Of a stretch of DNA of 64,000 nucleotides, positions 1 to 12,263 are shown in pieces. Below the pieces are notes generated by a model, which saw only the letters and a list, made by a program, of their open reading frames with translations, was not told where the DNA came from and did not search any database. The DNA is taken from assembly GCA_004022145.1 (NCBI GenBank), contig RCNU01000001.1; one strand, 5' to 3'. This DNA comes from Paecilomyces variotii (lineage: Eukaryota). A program made the translations under genes and the position numbers. The stretch's first letter is position 1. Each line of letters starts with the position of its first letter.

Positions 1-1030
1 TACCCACATCGAGTTCATCCAGTCTATCAAACTGGAGAAAATTTTCTGTGCGTTTGCAGTTCCGCCTTGGCGAGACAACTGATAATCACACAGTGGGGAG
101 CGTGTCCGCCGCCAAGTAAGGTAGCGGATGCCTTCCGGGTCCCAGTAGATTGTACAGTAGTTATCAGATACTACTAGTTAAACTTTGAAGCTGTGCCCCC
201 AACGAATTTAGCGAACGTGGTGGAGACGAGCTGAATATGTTTGAGGGAGCGACACTAATCATAGAAAGAGGCTTTTGAGAAGAAGAAAAACCGTGAGATG
301 GACAAATTACCTAGTTAACTAGTAGATTGTCATCAAAGATTCACATGACGGCAAGTTCCTTCTGCTGCTCACGAGGCAGACTGGTCAACTCAACGGATAG
401 ATAATAATGATTCAGCCACGAGCATCCAGCACTGTGTTTTCGTGGATGCGGATGAGGGCGTCTTACGCAACTTCGAAGGCTTCGTTAACTAACTAGTATT
501 TCTTTCAGCTGCGCATCACATGATTCATATCAGATCTGAAAATGCTGTGGGGCCGATCAGCTGAGGCCCCACCCCGCTAGCGCCGCAAGTGGCTCCCGGC
601 GTGGCTTGCGAGTGGCGGTGCTGAGGCTGGGCGGTTCCCCCCGCGCGAAACGGGCTGTGGCTGATTGGCCCGTATTATCCAGAGGTAGGGCTTGGCATCG
701 TCACTTCCTCAAGCCGGTGCTTCGAGGCATTCCTTACTAGTGCTGCCCGCGCGGGTCTTGACGGCCCTGCCATTATTTCCCCCTGCGTCGCCTGCTGCTG
801 CTCCCTTTCTTTCTTTCTTTCTTTCTTTCCTCTCCGGATCGTTCTTTTCCCTCATCGCCTTTTGCTCACTTTTCTTGTCACTCTCTTACAATTCCATTGT
901 CCCACTTTCCTTTCAGACCTGAACCGACCCCTCGTCGCGGCACCGGGAGATCTTTGCGCGCTGAGTGGTTCTGGTACCATTGCGTTGCCATAACGCCCAT
1001 TTGCGCACCTGGAAGAGGTCCCCTTAGATC

Positions 1031-3432
1031 ATGGCGGATTACGAGTCGCAGCAGGCAGGCCAGAATGGCTATGGTACATACGAGAAGGCAGTAAATGGTG
1101 CGTTTGGAACGTGTTGCTCGCGAGGGCGGAACCACTGACACTCCTCCTTCTATCCAGGGAACGGTACCCCTTTCGACCTCCAGAACGCGGGAGTCAAAAG
1201 TACCGCAGTGTCTCCGGCAGAGCTAGCATCTGGATATCAAGCTGGGGGCACCGGTTCTCAGCTGGATGTTATCTGCGGCCCTCTGATCAACTATAAATAC
1301 ATGGAGTTGGATCCCGGCTCTCCCGTCTGGCAGGGAAGTGTTCTGATCGTTACTACTCCAACTCACCAGCAGCAGCCGCATTTACACTTGCGCCAGGCGG
1401 GTCCTGTGTCGCATGCGAGCAATGGTGCGCAGAATGGTGGCACGTCGGGCCGCGAGGGAACCATTGATGGTATCAAGCTCTACGAGGACCCGGAAAAGAC
1501 GTTCTGGCGGTTTTCTCTCACGGTCCCGATTGAACAATTCGAAGCTCGTTGGGAGTACACTATCCCTGGCTTCAAATATGCCACTGGAGACCCAGTAAAA
1601 GCGCCCTGGACCTTTGTGGTTCCCGCAGCCGACCAATCCATGCGCCTCATGTTCCATTCCTGCAATGGTTTCTCGGTCGGAACGGACACGGAGAGCTGGG
1701 CTGGTCCGGCGCTCTGGAACGACGTCCTGAGGATCCACGAAAAGCGCCCTTTCCACGTCATGATCGGAGGCGGTGACCAAATCTACAATGATGGCATCAG
1801 AGTCGACGGTCCCCTCAAGCAGTGGACAGATATCACGAACCCCCTGACGAGAAGGCACCATGATTTCAGCGAGCACATGCGGTCCGAGTGTGACAAATAT
1901 TACTACAAAAATTACGTGAGGTGGTATACCTCTGAGCCGTTCAAGACCGCCAATGGACAGATTCCTCAGATCAACATCTGGGATGATCACGATATCATTG
2001 ACGGTTTTGGCTCCTATACCGACCACTTTATGAAATGTGCTGTCTTCCGCGGTATCGGAGGAGTGGCATTCAAGTATTATTGTCTTTTCCAGCACCATAT
2101 CCCGCCTCCCAAGTCTACCTTCACCACGGATGCGCCCGAGACAATGCACGCGGTCAACGGGACGTCCGGAGTCGACCCGCGCCAGACGGAGAATACGTTC
2201 GTGCTTGAGAGCTTGGAAGAGGATCGCAGTTGGATCATCGGGAAGCGTCCCGGACCGTACGTAGAAGAGAGGAGTCGAAACCTGTACATGCGTCTGGGTA
2301 AGCGCATGGCCTTTGTCGGTCTCGATGCGCGGACAGAGCGCACGCGCCACCAGGTGAATTATCCCGATACGTACGACGCCATCTTTGACCGGCTAGATGA
2401 AGAAGTTGAAGCTGCGAACGGCGAGATCAAGCATCTCATTCTACTGCTGGGTGTTCCGATTGCGTATCCCCGTCTTGCGTGGCTGGAAAATATCTTCAGT
2501 TCTCCCCTCATGGCACCACTGCGTCTGATGAATAAACGTTTCGGGCTTGGCGGTGGTTTCTTCAACAGTTTCGACGGGCAGGTCGATCTGCTGGACGATT
2601 TGGACGATCATTACACCGCTAAGCATCACAAGCGCGAGCGCAGACATTTTATACAGCGCCTTCAGGCCTTCGCGAAAGCGCATTCCATCCGGGTCACAAT
2701 TCTGGGCGGAGACGTCCATCTGGCTGCTATGGGCCGATTCTACTCGAACCTTGATCTCAATATCCCCCCTCTGAACGACCACCGATACATGGCCAATGTC
2801 ATCAGCAGTGCCATCACAAACAAGCCGCCTCCCAAAGCCGTGGCCAACCTGCTGGCACGGAGGAACAAGATCCACCACTTGGACCCAAACACTGATGAAA
2901 CTCTGATGGTCCTTTTCGACAAGCAGCCTGGAGGACAACCCAAAGCTGCGGCTTTCAACCATGTCACAATGCCATCCCGGAACTTTGCTTGTATCACAGA
3001 GGTCACCGGATCCGCAACCGCCAACGGCGTGCCGTCAAATGGGGATCAGAACGAACAAGCGGATTTGCGCCCCACCACTCCTGCAAAGGATGGCCATCAG
3101 CCCCTTCACATTGGTGAAGAGAATGTTGGTACAGTACACAAGGCAGCCGACGGCGTCAGCAGTGACAGTGGACTGGTAGGCGGCCTCGATATTTCAATCC
3201 GTGTGGAGATCGAACAGGGCAACCCGGAGGGACTTACTGAAGGCTACGGGTTCAGCAGTAAGCAGGTTCTTTCATATAAGTACAATTGGGTAAGACAGAC
3301 GCTAACATCTACCGACTCACAGTTCCGCCTCTCAAGGTCGACCCATCTATCGATGACGGTGATAGTCACTGGCACCTTCGAAGCGCCTTACGCTCCCGGC
3401 ACTCTCTGCACTCACGCCGTAGCGTGAATTGA
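1031..3432 (+). CDS. PhoD-like metallophosphatase domain protein, no obvious signal peptide; exons ~1031-1073, 1158-3257, 3323-3432
   Basis: ORF 1208..3427 carries HSCNG, GGGDQIYNDG, WDDHDIIDGFGSY and LGGDVHLA, typical of the fungal PhoD-like family. GT-AG introns with branch sites join ATG 1031 and TGA 3432 in frame. Confidence 0.8.
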
Positions 3433-4472
3433 TCAACCTGGTGTCGAAACAGCATCATCAGTTTCGATTTTCTATCATGAGCTCGTAAGAGCTTCCAATA
3501 CCCCTTATTTGCATGATTCGTGATTCCTTTCGTTCTAATCCTCTTATTCCTTTCTTCTCTTTTCCGATTCTTTCCTCATTATCTTCAAACGAGGATGGAT
3601 TCTTTTCGCTGTCGCCTGGGGCGTGATGTTTTACTATGATCCTTAATCGGGGTCAGAGGTGTTGTTCGCATTTGTGATACCACGCAATACTTGCTTCCGG
3701 CGCGGGTTTCTCCTAGTGGACAAAAAGGACTGCATTTTCGTCAGCTTCTCAAATACCAATATTTTCTCTTAAGAGTATTGAATGCACCATACCGTGTTTC
3801 TTACCCCCTCTCGAATTTGGTAGTTGCGACCCTGTAGTTGACAGCAAGACTGCAGCATGGGGTTTGACAGTCCACAAGAGTTTATTTCTAGACATTCCGC
3901 TCAGTGCCATACCTCTCAGTAACGTATACGGATAGTAGTTTTCTTCTATCCAGCCTGTAAAACTGGCTATTAAACAATAATAACATCCCCTTAGGAGGAG
4001 AAGGGATCATCGATAGTCACTTACTACCACTGGCGGGTCTAACCGGATCAGGCAGATAGATAGGCCAACCTTAAGTGGGTCCAATCACTGCTTCCCCGGA
4101 ACAGAGCATGTTTCTGTCTATCAAACTGCGCAATTACTATGAAGTACTCAGGACTGGAAAGGCAATGCTATACATCGGCTCTGCCAGTCTTGGGGGCTAT
4201 CTCTATCGTCGCGAATGGTGGCAGCGGGGATACGCCAAAAACGGCTATCATGATGAGATGAGATCAGCGAACATATGGGCTCCCTGGCCCCAGAGAATGA
4301 TTCACAAGATAAGAAAGAAACAAATACTGGCTGACTGCCTGAGGATCGAGAAGAGCTTCTTGTCTCTCTTTTCCGCTCTGCGTCGTCACTGAATTCTTAA
4401 GAACCCTCTATGGTTTCTTTACGCTGTTGTGAGAAAAGCAGTCATTGAAGAGTAACCGGAATAGAGGCAACA

Positions 4473-5977
4473 ATGGTTTCCTCAACAGTCCTCCAGGCCT
4501 GGGAGGCCTGTGACAAGACCGACACGGTATTCATCCTTGTCTGCAGCGTTTTTTGCTGGCCCATCATCCCCGCCGTTGGACTGGGTTACTCCGGTTACTC
4601 AACGAGGCAGAGCGGACTCGCCTCGTTCATACCATCCATTCTCGCAATTGCTGTCTGCTCGATCCAATGGTGGCTGATTGGTTACAGCCTCGCCTACGGT
4701 GATGGAAATGGGGTTATTGGGGGTCTCAAAAATGCTTTCCATCGAGGCGTCCTGGCAGACCCAGTAGGGAGTATCCCGGCGATTTTGTTCAGTGAGTTTC
4801 AGCTCATCTTCTGCGCGACAGTGTGCGCTATTTCCATCGGAGGTTCGTGTGAGCGTGGGAGGATCCTGCCTTTGGTGCCTTTCATTTTTGTGAGTGGATC
4901 GTTTCTACTGATTTCTTGTCATTCTTTGTGTTGATTCGATTCGCTGTACTAGCTTTGGGCTACGTTCATCTATTGCCCGCTTGCGCACATGGTGTGGTCA
5001 GAACAAGGCTTCCTAAGTGGCCTTGGAGCCCTAGACTTCGCTGGTGGTACTCCAGTCCATATCTGCAGTGGTGCTACCGCAACGGCTCTCAGTCTATACC
5101 TCTCGTACCCGATTGCGCGTTCACGAAAGTCCTCTGTGCGCACTCCTTCGCATTTGACACTCCACCGCCCTCATAACAGCATGTGCCAGCTGCTTGCTAT
5201 GGTCATCATCTGGAGCTCCTGGCTCGCCTTCGACGCAGGAACAACCCTCAGCCTGAACTTCAAATCAGTCATGGCGTTGTGCGTGACGAATATCTGCGCT
5301 GCCGGTGGTGCAGTGACATGGGCAGGCGTGACATACTTCGAGACTGGAAAGTGGTCTCTCGACTCAACGTTCATGGGAGCCATTGCTGGGCTGGTCATGA
5401 TCACCCCCTCTGCTGGTTTCATCGGCATGACCACCGCACTCTTCTTCGGAATTGGAGGTGCCGTCATCTGTCGCCAGGCGCTACGGATCAAGTTCACTGA
5501 CGCTGCTCGTCGATTCCGCTGGGTGGATAATGGAGATACCTTTGCTACGCACTGCGTGGGTGGTTTTGTGGGTACCATTGCCACGGGACTCTTCGCCATG
5601 AAGGAGGTTGCTGCCTATGATGGGTTCACCGAGATCACAGGGGGTGTTTTCTTCGATGGAAACGTCAGGCAGCTCGGTATCCAGGTCCTGGAGGCCATCA
5701 TTGGATTCACTTGGGCTTTCGTGGGATCCTACTTGCTGTTTGCTCTGATCGACTGCGTTCCTGGACTGGAGGTCTTAGCTGAAGATAAGTGAGTATTGGC
5801 CCATTTCCATTAGAGAGAGAAATTAAGTATGATGTCTCAGTATTGATGTTTCTGCATAGGGAGATTATTTCCGGAATGGACGCGTCGCAGATGGACGAGT
5901 CGTTGTATGAAGCTCAGTGGGCGACCGAGGTGGACTATCACCCCTTTTCAGGGAACGGGGGCATCGTCTTAGAGTAG
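4473..5977 (+). CDS. Ammonium transporter (Amt/Mep family), divergent; exons 4473-4889, 4953-5788, 5860-5977
   Basis: FQLIF, ERGR, HMVW, LDFAGGTPVH, GAIAGLVMITPSAG and DTFATHCVGG motifs with many hydrophobic helices. Introns splice in frame. Confidence 0.92.
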
Positions 5978-6656
5978 ATGTGCTCTGGTGATGAATCCTT
6001 CTCTTCTATATATCTTCTATATAGTTCCATAAGGTAATACCCCGACAATTGTAATTGATTTTCCTTTTCGTCCCGGTCATACAGTATACGCAGTCGCCGA
6101 GGGTGGCGATATGCACAATTATCCGGGATGTACGACAGCACGTTTGGGAGATCTTCTATAAGAATTGGAGTAGATTATTTCCACACATGCACACACCGTC
6201 TAAAGTAGGAGGGAAATTCCATGATTTCAATTCAATCGCCTCTTCCATCGTCATGATCCTCGACCTTGAATCATCTGACCAAGCGGCGGTAATAATATCT
6301 CTGCAGGCCCCTCTCACGCTCAGGCCCCGAGTATCTTTCGGTTGACTATTCAATATGGCTGATAAGCAGTAAGCCCCCATCCAACCTTATCGGAGCTGGT
6401 CAACTTCCCCATTTCCCCCTCTCTTTTCCGTTTTCAATCTCAAATAAGAAAGTGAACGTTGTTGCAGGCCCTAAGCGGCTTCCTGCTCTCAGTCTACTGC
6501 CCCAGGTTCATCAGAAAATTCCACTACCATAGATCTCAAATATAGTCCAAACTAATACTGCAAGTTTTCGTTTTCTGTCTTGAAGAAAAGTCCTTTCTCC
6601 ACTTTCCCCCGGCCTGGTATCTTGATTCTATCTCCACGTTTTTATTGTACTAGACC

Positions 6657-8315
6657 ATGGTCCCCAAACGCATAAGGACTGTCGAAGGTTCCTGCTGGCC
6701 ATGCAAGGATCGTCGAGTCATCTGCGATCTCCAACAACCTGAGTGTTCGCGTTGTGCTACGTCTGGCCGGGCATGCAACTACAGCAAAGTCCGTCTCAAA
6801 TGGTGCAACGGCATTGCGGCTCGTGGGCGTTTCGCGGGTCGGAATGACCCCGTTTCTGCTGCTGCTGTCACTGCTAATGCTACCTTTTCAACCGGCGGTA
6901 GGACTTTGGCCAATGTTACTACTACTACGGATGGTTCTGCTGTTGCTGCTGCTGATACTGGCTTTGGGGAAGGATCGAGCTCGTCGGAGAGGAGCGATGA
7001 TGATGGTTCCTCTGTCATCAGTCTCAGTCCTTCAGCGAGCTTTAGTGTCCTGTCTGCTACGGTATTGGAGCCCGCGTTTGTCATGACGGCAGACCATTTG
7101 ATGCTTTATTTCCAACATGAAGTCTTGGATAGGTTTAATGTGGCCCAAGATCGGCTTCAGGTTGATGTAGGGTCCGCTTGTAAGGATCCTGCCTTACTCC
7201 AATCCGTCACAGCGGTTGCGAATGCACATCATTTCCTCTACGCACGGAGGAGTCAGCAGGATGCGATTTTGGCGAAGAAGATAGCTAGATTGACAGCTAT
7301 AAAGCTGTTTAGGGAAAGATTACAAGTTTCTCGTGTGCGGCGACGACAGCAACAACTGGTGAAGACAGGAGCGGATGGGGGCCTAGATATAGCTCCCGTG
7401 AAGGACCTGTTTGTTATTAATGTTTTGTTTTGTATCCTTGACGGGATTATAGAGCCTTTAGATGAAGGCGCCGCCACTTATCTGCATTTCCGCGGTGGGA
7501 GAGCTATCCTGGCCCAGTGGGGGTTCCTGGATCAGCTCTTTCGAGTGAAGAAGGGTCTATCCGCGTTGATGCTGTCCATCTTTGCGACTATGGATCTGAC
7601 CCATTCTCTACTCACTGGAGAGAGGCCATACTTCTCTCCTGAGAGCTGGATGGACTTTGCTGATTGTGAGGGCTGGTGGGGTGTTCTTCCACCGGGAGAT
7701 CAGTTTCTCGAGATCATGGCTGCCCTCTCTCACATCGCACGGTTGGGACATCAATACCGCTCAATTGGGGTGTCTCCGCCTCTCAAGGAGATTTTATCAG
7801 TATGGAATACCCTGGATCCGAATGGCAGCGGTCTCATGGACAAAAGTGGGTTTGTAATAACATCTCTTCCCGCGATTCCATTGGAGCCTTCTGCGCCTTC
7901 AGATACCGGTGGTTCCCAGCCTCTCAACTATGACCGCTCCTGGGAAGTCTTCTGTTCCGCGTACCGGCAGACTGCATTGATATACATCTACCGGGCTGTC
8001 TGCAACTTGCCGCTGACACATCCACGCGTTCAACGGGCCACAGAGGCTGGCCACCGGGCGATCTGTGAGACTCGGCTGGCGGGGAAGTTATCTCACTGTC
8101 TTCTTTTCCCGACGCTGGTGATTGGAAGCCAATGTCTCATACCGGAGCAGCAAAGGGCGCTGCGTAAGAACCTGCTGTTAACGGGCACGTTCTTGTATTT
8201 CGGCTCCATACCGGTGATGGACCAGTTCCTGCAGAAGCTGTGGGCGACTCCAGACCCGGACGTGAGCTGGTGGGACTGCTTTGAAAGCATCTCGCGGAAG
8301 ACGTTCCTGTTCTGA
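6657..8315 (+). CDS. Zn(II)2Cys6 transcription factor with C-terminal fungal-specific TF domain
   Basis: N-terminal CWPCKDRRVICDLQQPECSRCATSGRAC binuclear cluster; single 552-aa ORF. Confidence 0.9.
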   Translation: MVPKRIRTVEGSCWPCKDRRVICDLQQPECSRCATSGRACNYSKVRLKWCNGIAARGRFAGRNDPVSAAAVTANATFSTGGRTLANVTTTTDGSAVAAADTGFGEGSSSSERSDDDGSSVISLSPSASFSVLSATVLEPAFVMTADHLMLYFQHEVLDRFNVAQDRLQVDVGSACKDPALLQSVTAVANAHHFLYARRSQQDAILAKKIARLTAIKLFRERLQVSRVRRRQQQLVKTGADGGLDIAPVKDLFVINVLFCILDGIIEPLDEGAATYLHFRGGRAILAQWGFLDQLFRVKKGLSALMLSIFATMDLTHSLLTGERPYFSPESWMDFADCEGWWGVLPPGDQFLEIMAALSHIARLGHQYRSIGVSPPLKEILSVWNTLDPNGSGLMDKSGFVITSLPAIPLEPSAPSDTGGSQPLNYDRSWEVFCSAYRQTALIYIYRAVCNLPLTHPRVQRATEAGHRAICETRLAGKLSHCLLFPTLVIGSQCLIPEQQRALRKNLLLTGTFLYFGSIPVMDQFLQKLWATPDPDVSWWDCFESISRKTFLF

Positions 8316-8999
8316 GCTTTGGATCCCGAAGAGAAAGAGGGGGCTCGCATCTTTTTACGATTTCCATGTGTGTATATATATATATATATTATCTGTCTTT
8401 CGTACCCGATTATTTCGAGTTTCATGACGAATCGATGACGGAAGGGTGGTACATACAAACGGTTGATGAATCTCAGTGTTATTACCATGATTTTTAAATG
8501 GAATCGCGGGTCCTGTTGTGCCCCGTTTCATTTCTGTAGCAGGACGGCTGCATGGGATCGACTTTAAACTTCGTCTGTACTCCCGGAAATATGTACCCTC
8601 GCGAACCTGCAGTTTCTTTCCCCGGATATATTATTGTTCTCTGGCTGGACCGGCTACTTTGCCCTGGGGAGTAGTTGGATCCGACTCCAGGATTATCCGA
8701 CCGATTGTGTAATGTGTAATGCGGATAAGCTCTTCTGGAGTCTTATCTGGCTGGTGATCGTCTAGACTATGTTCATACCTGCAGGATAGATACCTAGTGA
8801 GTATCATGGTTTGATGAACGCGGGATCTACTTCTGAATATCATGTCGATTCTATCAAATTCAGACAAGCAGTTACAATATGGTTGCCTTAACAGCGCTGA
8901 TTGTGTCTTTGGTCTAATATTTGAACTCCCCGGATCCCTCTCCATTAATAAATGTCAGTTCGCAGGGTCGATTCACATTCCACCAACTAAGTACCTAGT

Positions 9000-9028
9000 A
9001 GTTAGTTAGTTACAGTAACTAACTAACT
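9000..9028. repeat. Perfect inverted repeat with 14-bp arms and a 1-nt spacer (AGTTAGTTAGTTAC-A-GTAACTAACTAACT)
   Basis: Read directly from the sequence. Confidence 0.9.
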
Positions 9029-10102
9029 GACCTCTGGAATCTTTTCCCCTGTTGGGAGTGACGATCGCCTTATCGCGGTCTCGTGACTGGTTGCTTTTCC
9101 CCGGATCCACCGGGACGCCGTCGCTTTTGCCTCCAAAACAAGTGCAATCTTCACAACGCGCTGGACATGGTTCTATTAACTATTCTACTCTTTAGTCCTC
9201 TGCATGTGTTCTTCAGCTCTAATGAGCTGTCGCTATGACCATGGCCGTTTTGTGCCTCCCAGATACAGATGCAGCCTGGGAACTGGCGCACGCGGTATCG
9301 ATGGATTTCCTGGTGCAGCCGAACACGAGCTTACCCGTTATACAGCATGAAGAAAAGACAAGCAAGACCGCTTCTGCAGAGAGGGAATCGATGATCCAAT
9401 ATCCAGTAATGAGTGGATTCCGGCTTTCCTCTGACAATGTGGAAAGTAAAGTGAGAGTGGCTAGCTGCCAGTGGCGTTGCTCAGGGGGGAGAATCATAAG
9501 TAAGCCGGTGATAAGGGAATCAGGAATAGATTATCACATCTCGATCGCTCGCTCACTCACTAGGGTTCCGATACTATATGGAGTAGTCTTATAAGTACAG
9601 CGGGGTCCAACCGGTTTGTTTCACGCTTTCACTGCCGCTCTCTTTGCCCCTGGTGAGATCATATATTTAACTAAAGCTCGGATCCTTTTGCGATTGCTTA
9701 TCGTTGGCGTTTATGCAGCTGCTAGTTAGCACTGCCAACAGCAACCGGGATCATACTTAGTACTTGAACGCATACCATTATTGGCGTCGATGGCCATGTG
9801 TTCTTGACTGGTCGCATTTGATTCTTTTTCACGGTTAGACAAGTGTATTAACAAGCCTCGGGACTGTTGAACTTGTACTATACATCAACACCTGGACTAC
9901 TCTATTTCTGTCCTCTCCTGCTTGTCAGTTGACTCGCTTCATTTCTTTCTGCTACCAGGGTCGCAGTGCGATTGACCCTCAATCGATATCCTTGTTCTGA
10001 TCAGGAGGGGATATACGATCTTTCTCTCTCTCTATCTCTCTCTCTCTCTTTCTTTCCTTTTTTTATATATATAGCTGAGGTTCAATACGATTCAAGGTCA
10101 CA

Positions 10103-11745
10103 ATGGACGCCATGGACGAAAAGAAGGCGCCTTGCACGACGACTCCGAGCCAGGAACATGGCGCCCCAGAGGAGGGAATCATCCTCAAGGACCAGCAGGA
10201 AGGTCTCGACAAACTGGGTTATACGCAGGAGTTGACGCGAAATCGATCGCTTATCACCTTGCTCTTCCAATGTCTTGCCATGGCCGCCATTCCCTACGGT
10301 GAGGGTGGCCCTCTGCTGAGTGCGATCTATGGCGGGGGTCCACTATCGATATTTGTTGGCTGGATTGTTGTCCTCGTGCTGGATGAGTGTGTCGCCGTCT
10401 CTTTGGGGGAGCTTGCCTCGCGGTATCCTACCTCTGCTGGGCCATACTACTGGTCCTACCAGATCGCCTCCAGAGGAAAGACAGTTCTGTCGTTCATCAC
10501 TGGTTGGGCCTGGCTGGTGGGCAACTGGACCATTACCCTGTCTGTGAACTTTGGTTTCGCATCTCTTCTGTCAGCCGTTGTGTCGATGTATCATCCCGAT
10601 TGGTCTGCCAACAGCTGGCAGCTCCTGCTCATCTTCTACGCTGTGATCCTGAGCTCCTTCGTCATCTGTACGTTCGGAAACCGCTTCCTGCCCATGGTCG
10701 ACATCATTTGCGCCGCGTGGACTGCTATCAGCATAGTGATCATCTTGATTGCTCTCTCTGTCAAGGCGGACGTTGGCCGGCATAGCGCCGGTTGGGCCTT
10801 GGGCCATTATGATACGAGCTTCTCGGGTTGGGGCGGCTTTACCTTCTTCATCGGCCTGCTGCCACCTGCCTATACATTCTCGGCTATTGGAATGGTCTCA
10901 TCGATGGCAGAGGAGTGCGCTAACCCGGCTGTCAAGGTGCCGCAGGCTATCAGCCTCTGCGTGCCCGTTGGCGGCTTTGCCGGTTTCTTCTTCATTCTGC
11001 CTATCTGCTTCACCATGCCGCCGCTCGCGGAGCTCATCAACGCGCCTGCCGGTCAGGTTATCCCGTACATCTTCAGCCGGGTGATGGGCAGCCCTGGTGG
11101 TGGCCTCGGCCTGATGTTCCTCGTCTTGGTCATCGTCTTATTCTGCTCCATCAGCATCACTGTCGCCGCCTCCCGAACCACCTGGGCCTTTGCGCGCGAT
11201 GGTGCCCTTCCCCTGTCCAGCGTCTGGGCCCGGGTCGACAAACGCCTCGGTGTGCCCGTCTGGGCCCTCGTCCTTCTGACTGTGATCCAGATGCTTCTAG
11301 GTCTCATCAACCTCGGAAGCAGCAGTGCGTTCACGGCCTTCGTCTCCGTCGGTGTGATAGCCTTAGCCGCCAGCTATGCCATCCCCATCACTCTGAGCCT
11401 CATCCAGCGCCGTCGCGAAGTGAGTCGTGCGCGCTGGAACTGTGGCAACATCATCGGACCAATCGTTAACGTTATTGCTATCGCATGGATCTGTTTCGAA
11501 CTGGTTCTCTTCAGCATGCCCACCGCTTTACCCGTCACGAACGTCAGTATGAACTACGCCTCGGTTGTCTTTGCAGGCTTTATGGCTATTGCAGCGGGGT
11601 GGTATATCATTTCTGCAAGGAAGAGTAAGTTTCGTCCTGGTCTCCTGACTAGTTTTCTGTCGTTTGACTCTTTTACAAAAATTATTCATATACTGACTGT
11701 CGAACAGCTTATAAGGGACCTCCTGAATCTGATGGTCTTGAGTAA
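10103..11745 (+). CDS. APC-superfamily amino acid/GABA/choline permease; exons 10103-11625, 11708-11745
   Basis: LGYTQELTR, ELASRYPTSAGPYYW, MAEE and SRTTWAFARDGALP motifs with ~12 TM helices. A final GTAAGT..CAG intron gives the C-terminus TYKGPPESDGLE*. Confidence 0.9.
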
Positions 11746-12263
11746 GAATAAGGACGGAAGTTAGTCTATTAGTTGGGGATTCTTCTTGTCGATATGATCA
11801 GTATATACAAAAGAGATAGTTTGATACTATTAATATAAATACCTCTTCGAGTTCTATAATTATAAATGCAAATGAAGAACAATAAACGTTGCATTATGTA
11901 CTAGGTAGAATTCCTCCATCGATACGAGTAATGTGCAAGCAGGGTATTCTATACTAGCGTATCATATCATGCCATGGATCACGGCAAAACCTTCTAATTA
12001 AACAATCCAGATTCTGCTCTTGAAGAAGATTAGGCTCTTATATAGAATGAGCTCGTTCGTAGCCGGGGCTCAAATTTATCAGCATTTAGAGACACCACCG
12101 TAAACTATCTATTCACTGCCATGTCAAGACGACGCCATGAAGCGAAGGATCGTATGCTAATTCTGCAACGAACAACCATGTGCATGTCCGCAAGTCTGCT
12201 TAAAACATACCATGAACGCAAAATTGGAAAGGAGAAAGGAAGAAATACAAAGTCGACATGCTT

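Noticed and set aside
66-696. Three GCCAAG (PacC-type) sites at 66, 111 and 691 upstream of the PhoD-like gene
   Set aside because: Hexamers at this density can occur by chance, and the protein lacks a signal peptide, so the analogy to secreted alkaline phosphatases is weak.
1382-2350. Long antisense ORFs (322 aa here; also 32998..33948, 53942..54709, 58179..58829, 24257..24892)
   Set aside because: They are shadows of well-supported genes on the opposite strand and have no recognisable motifs.
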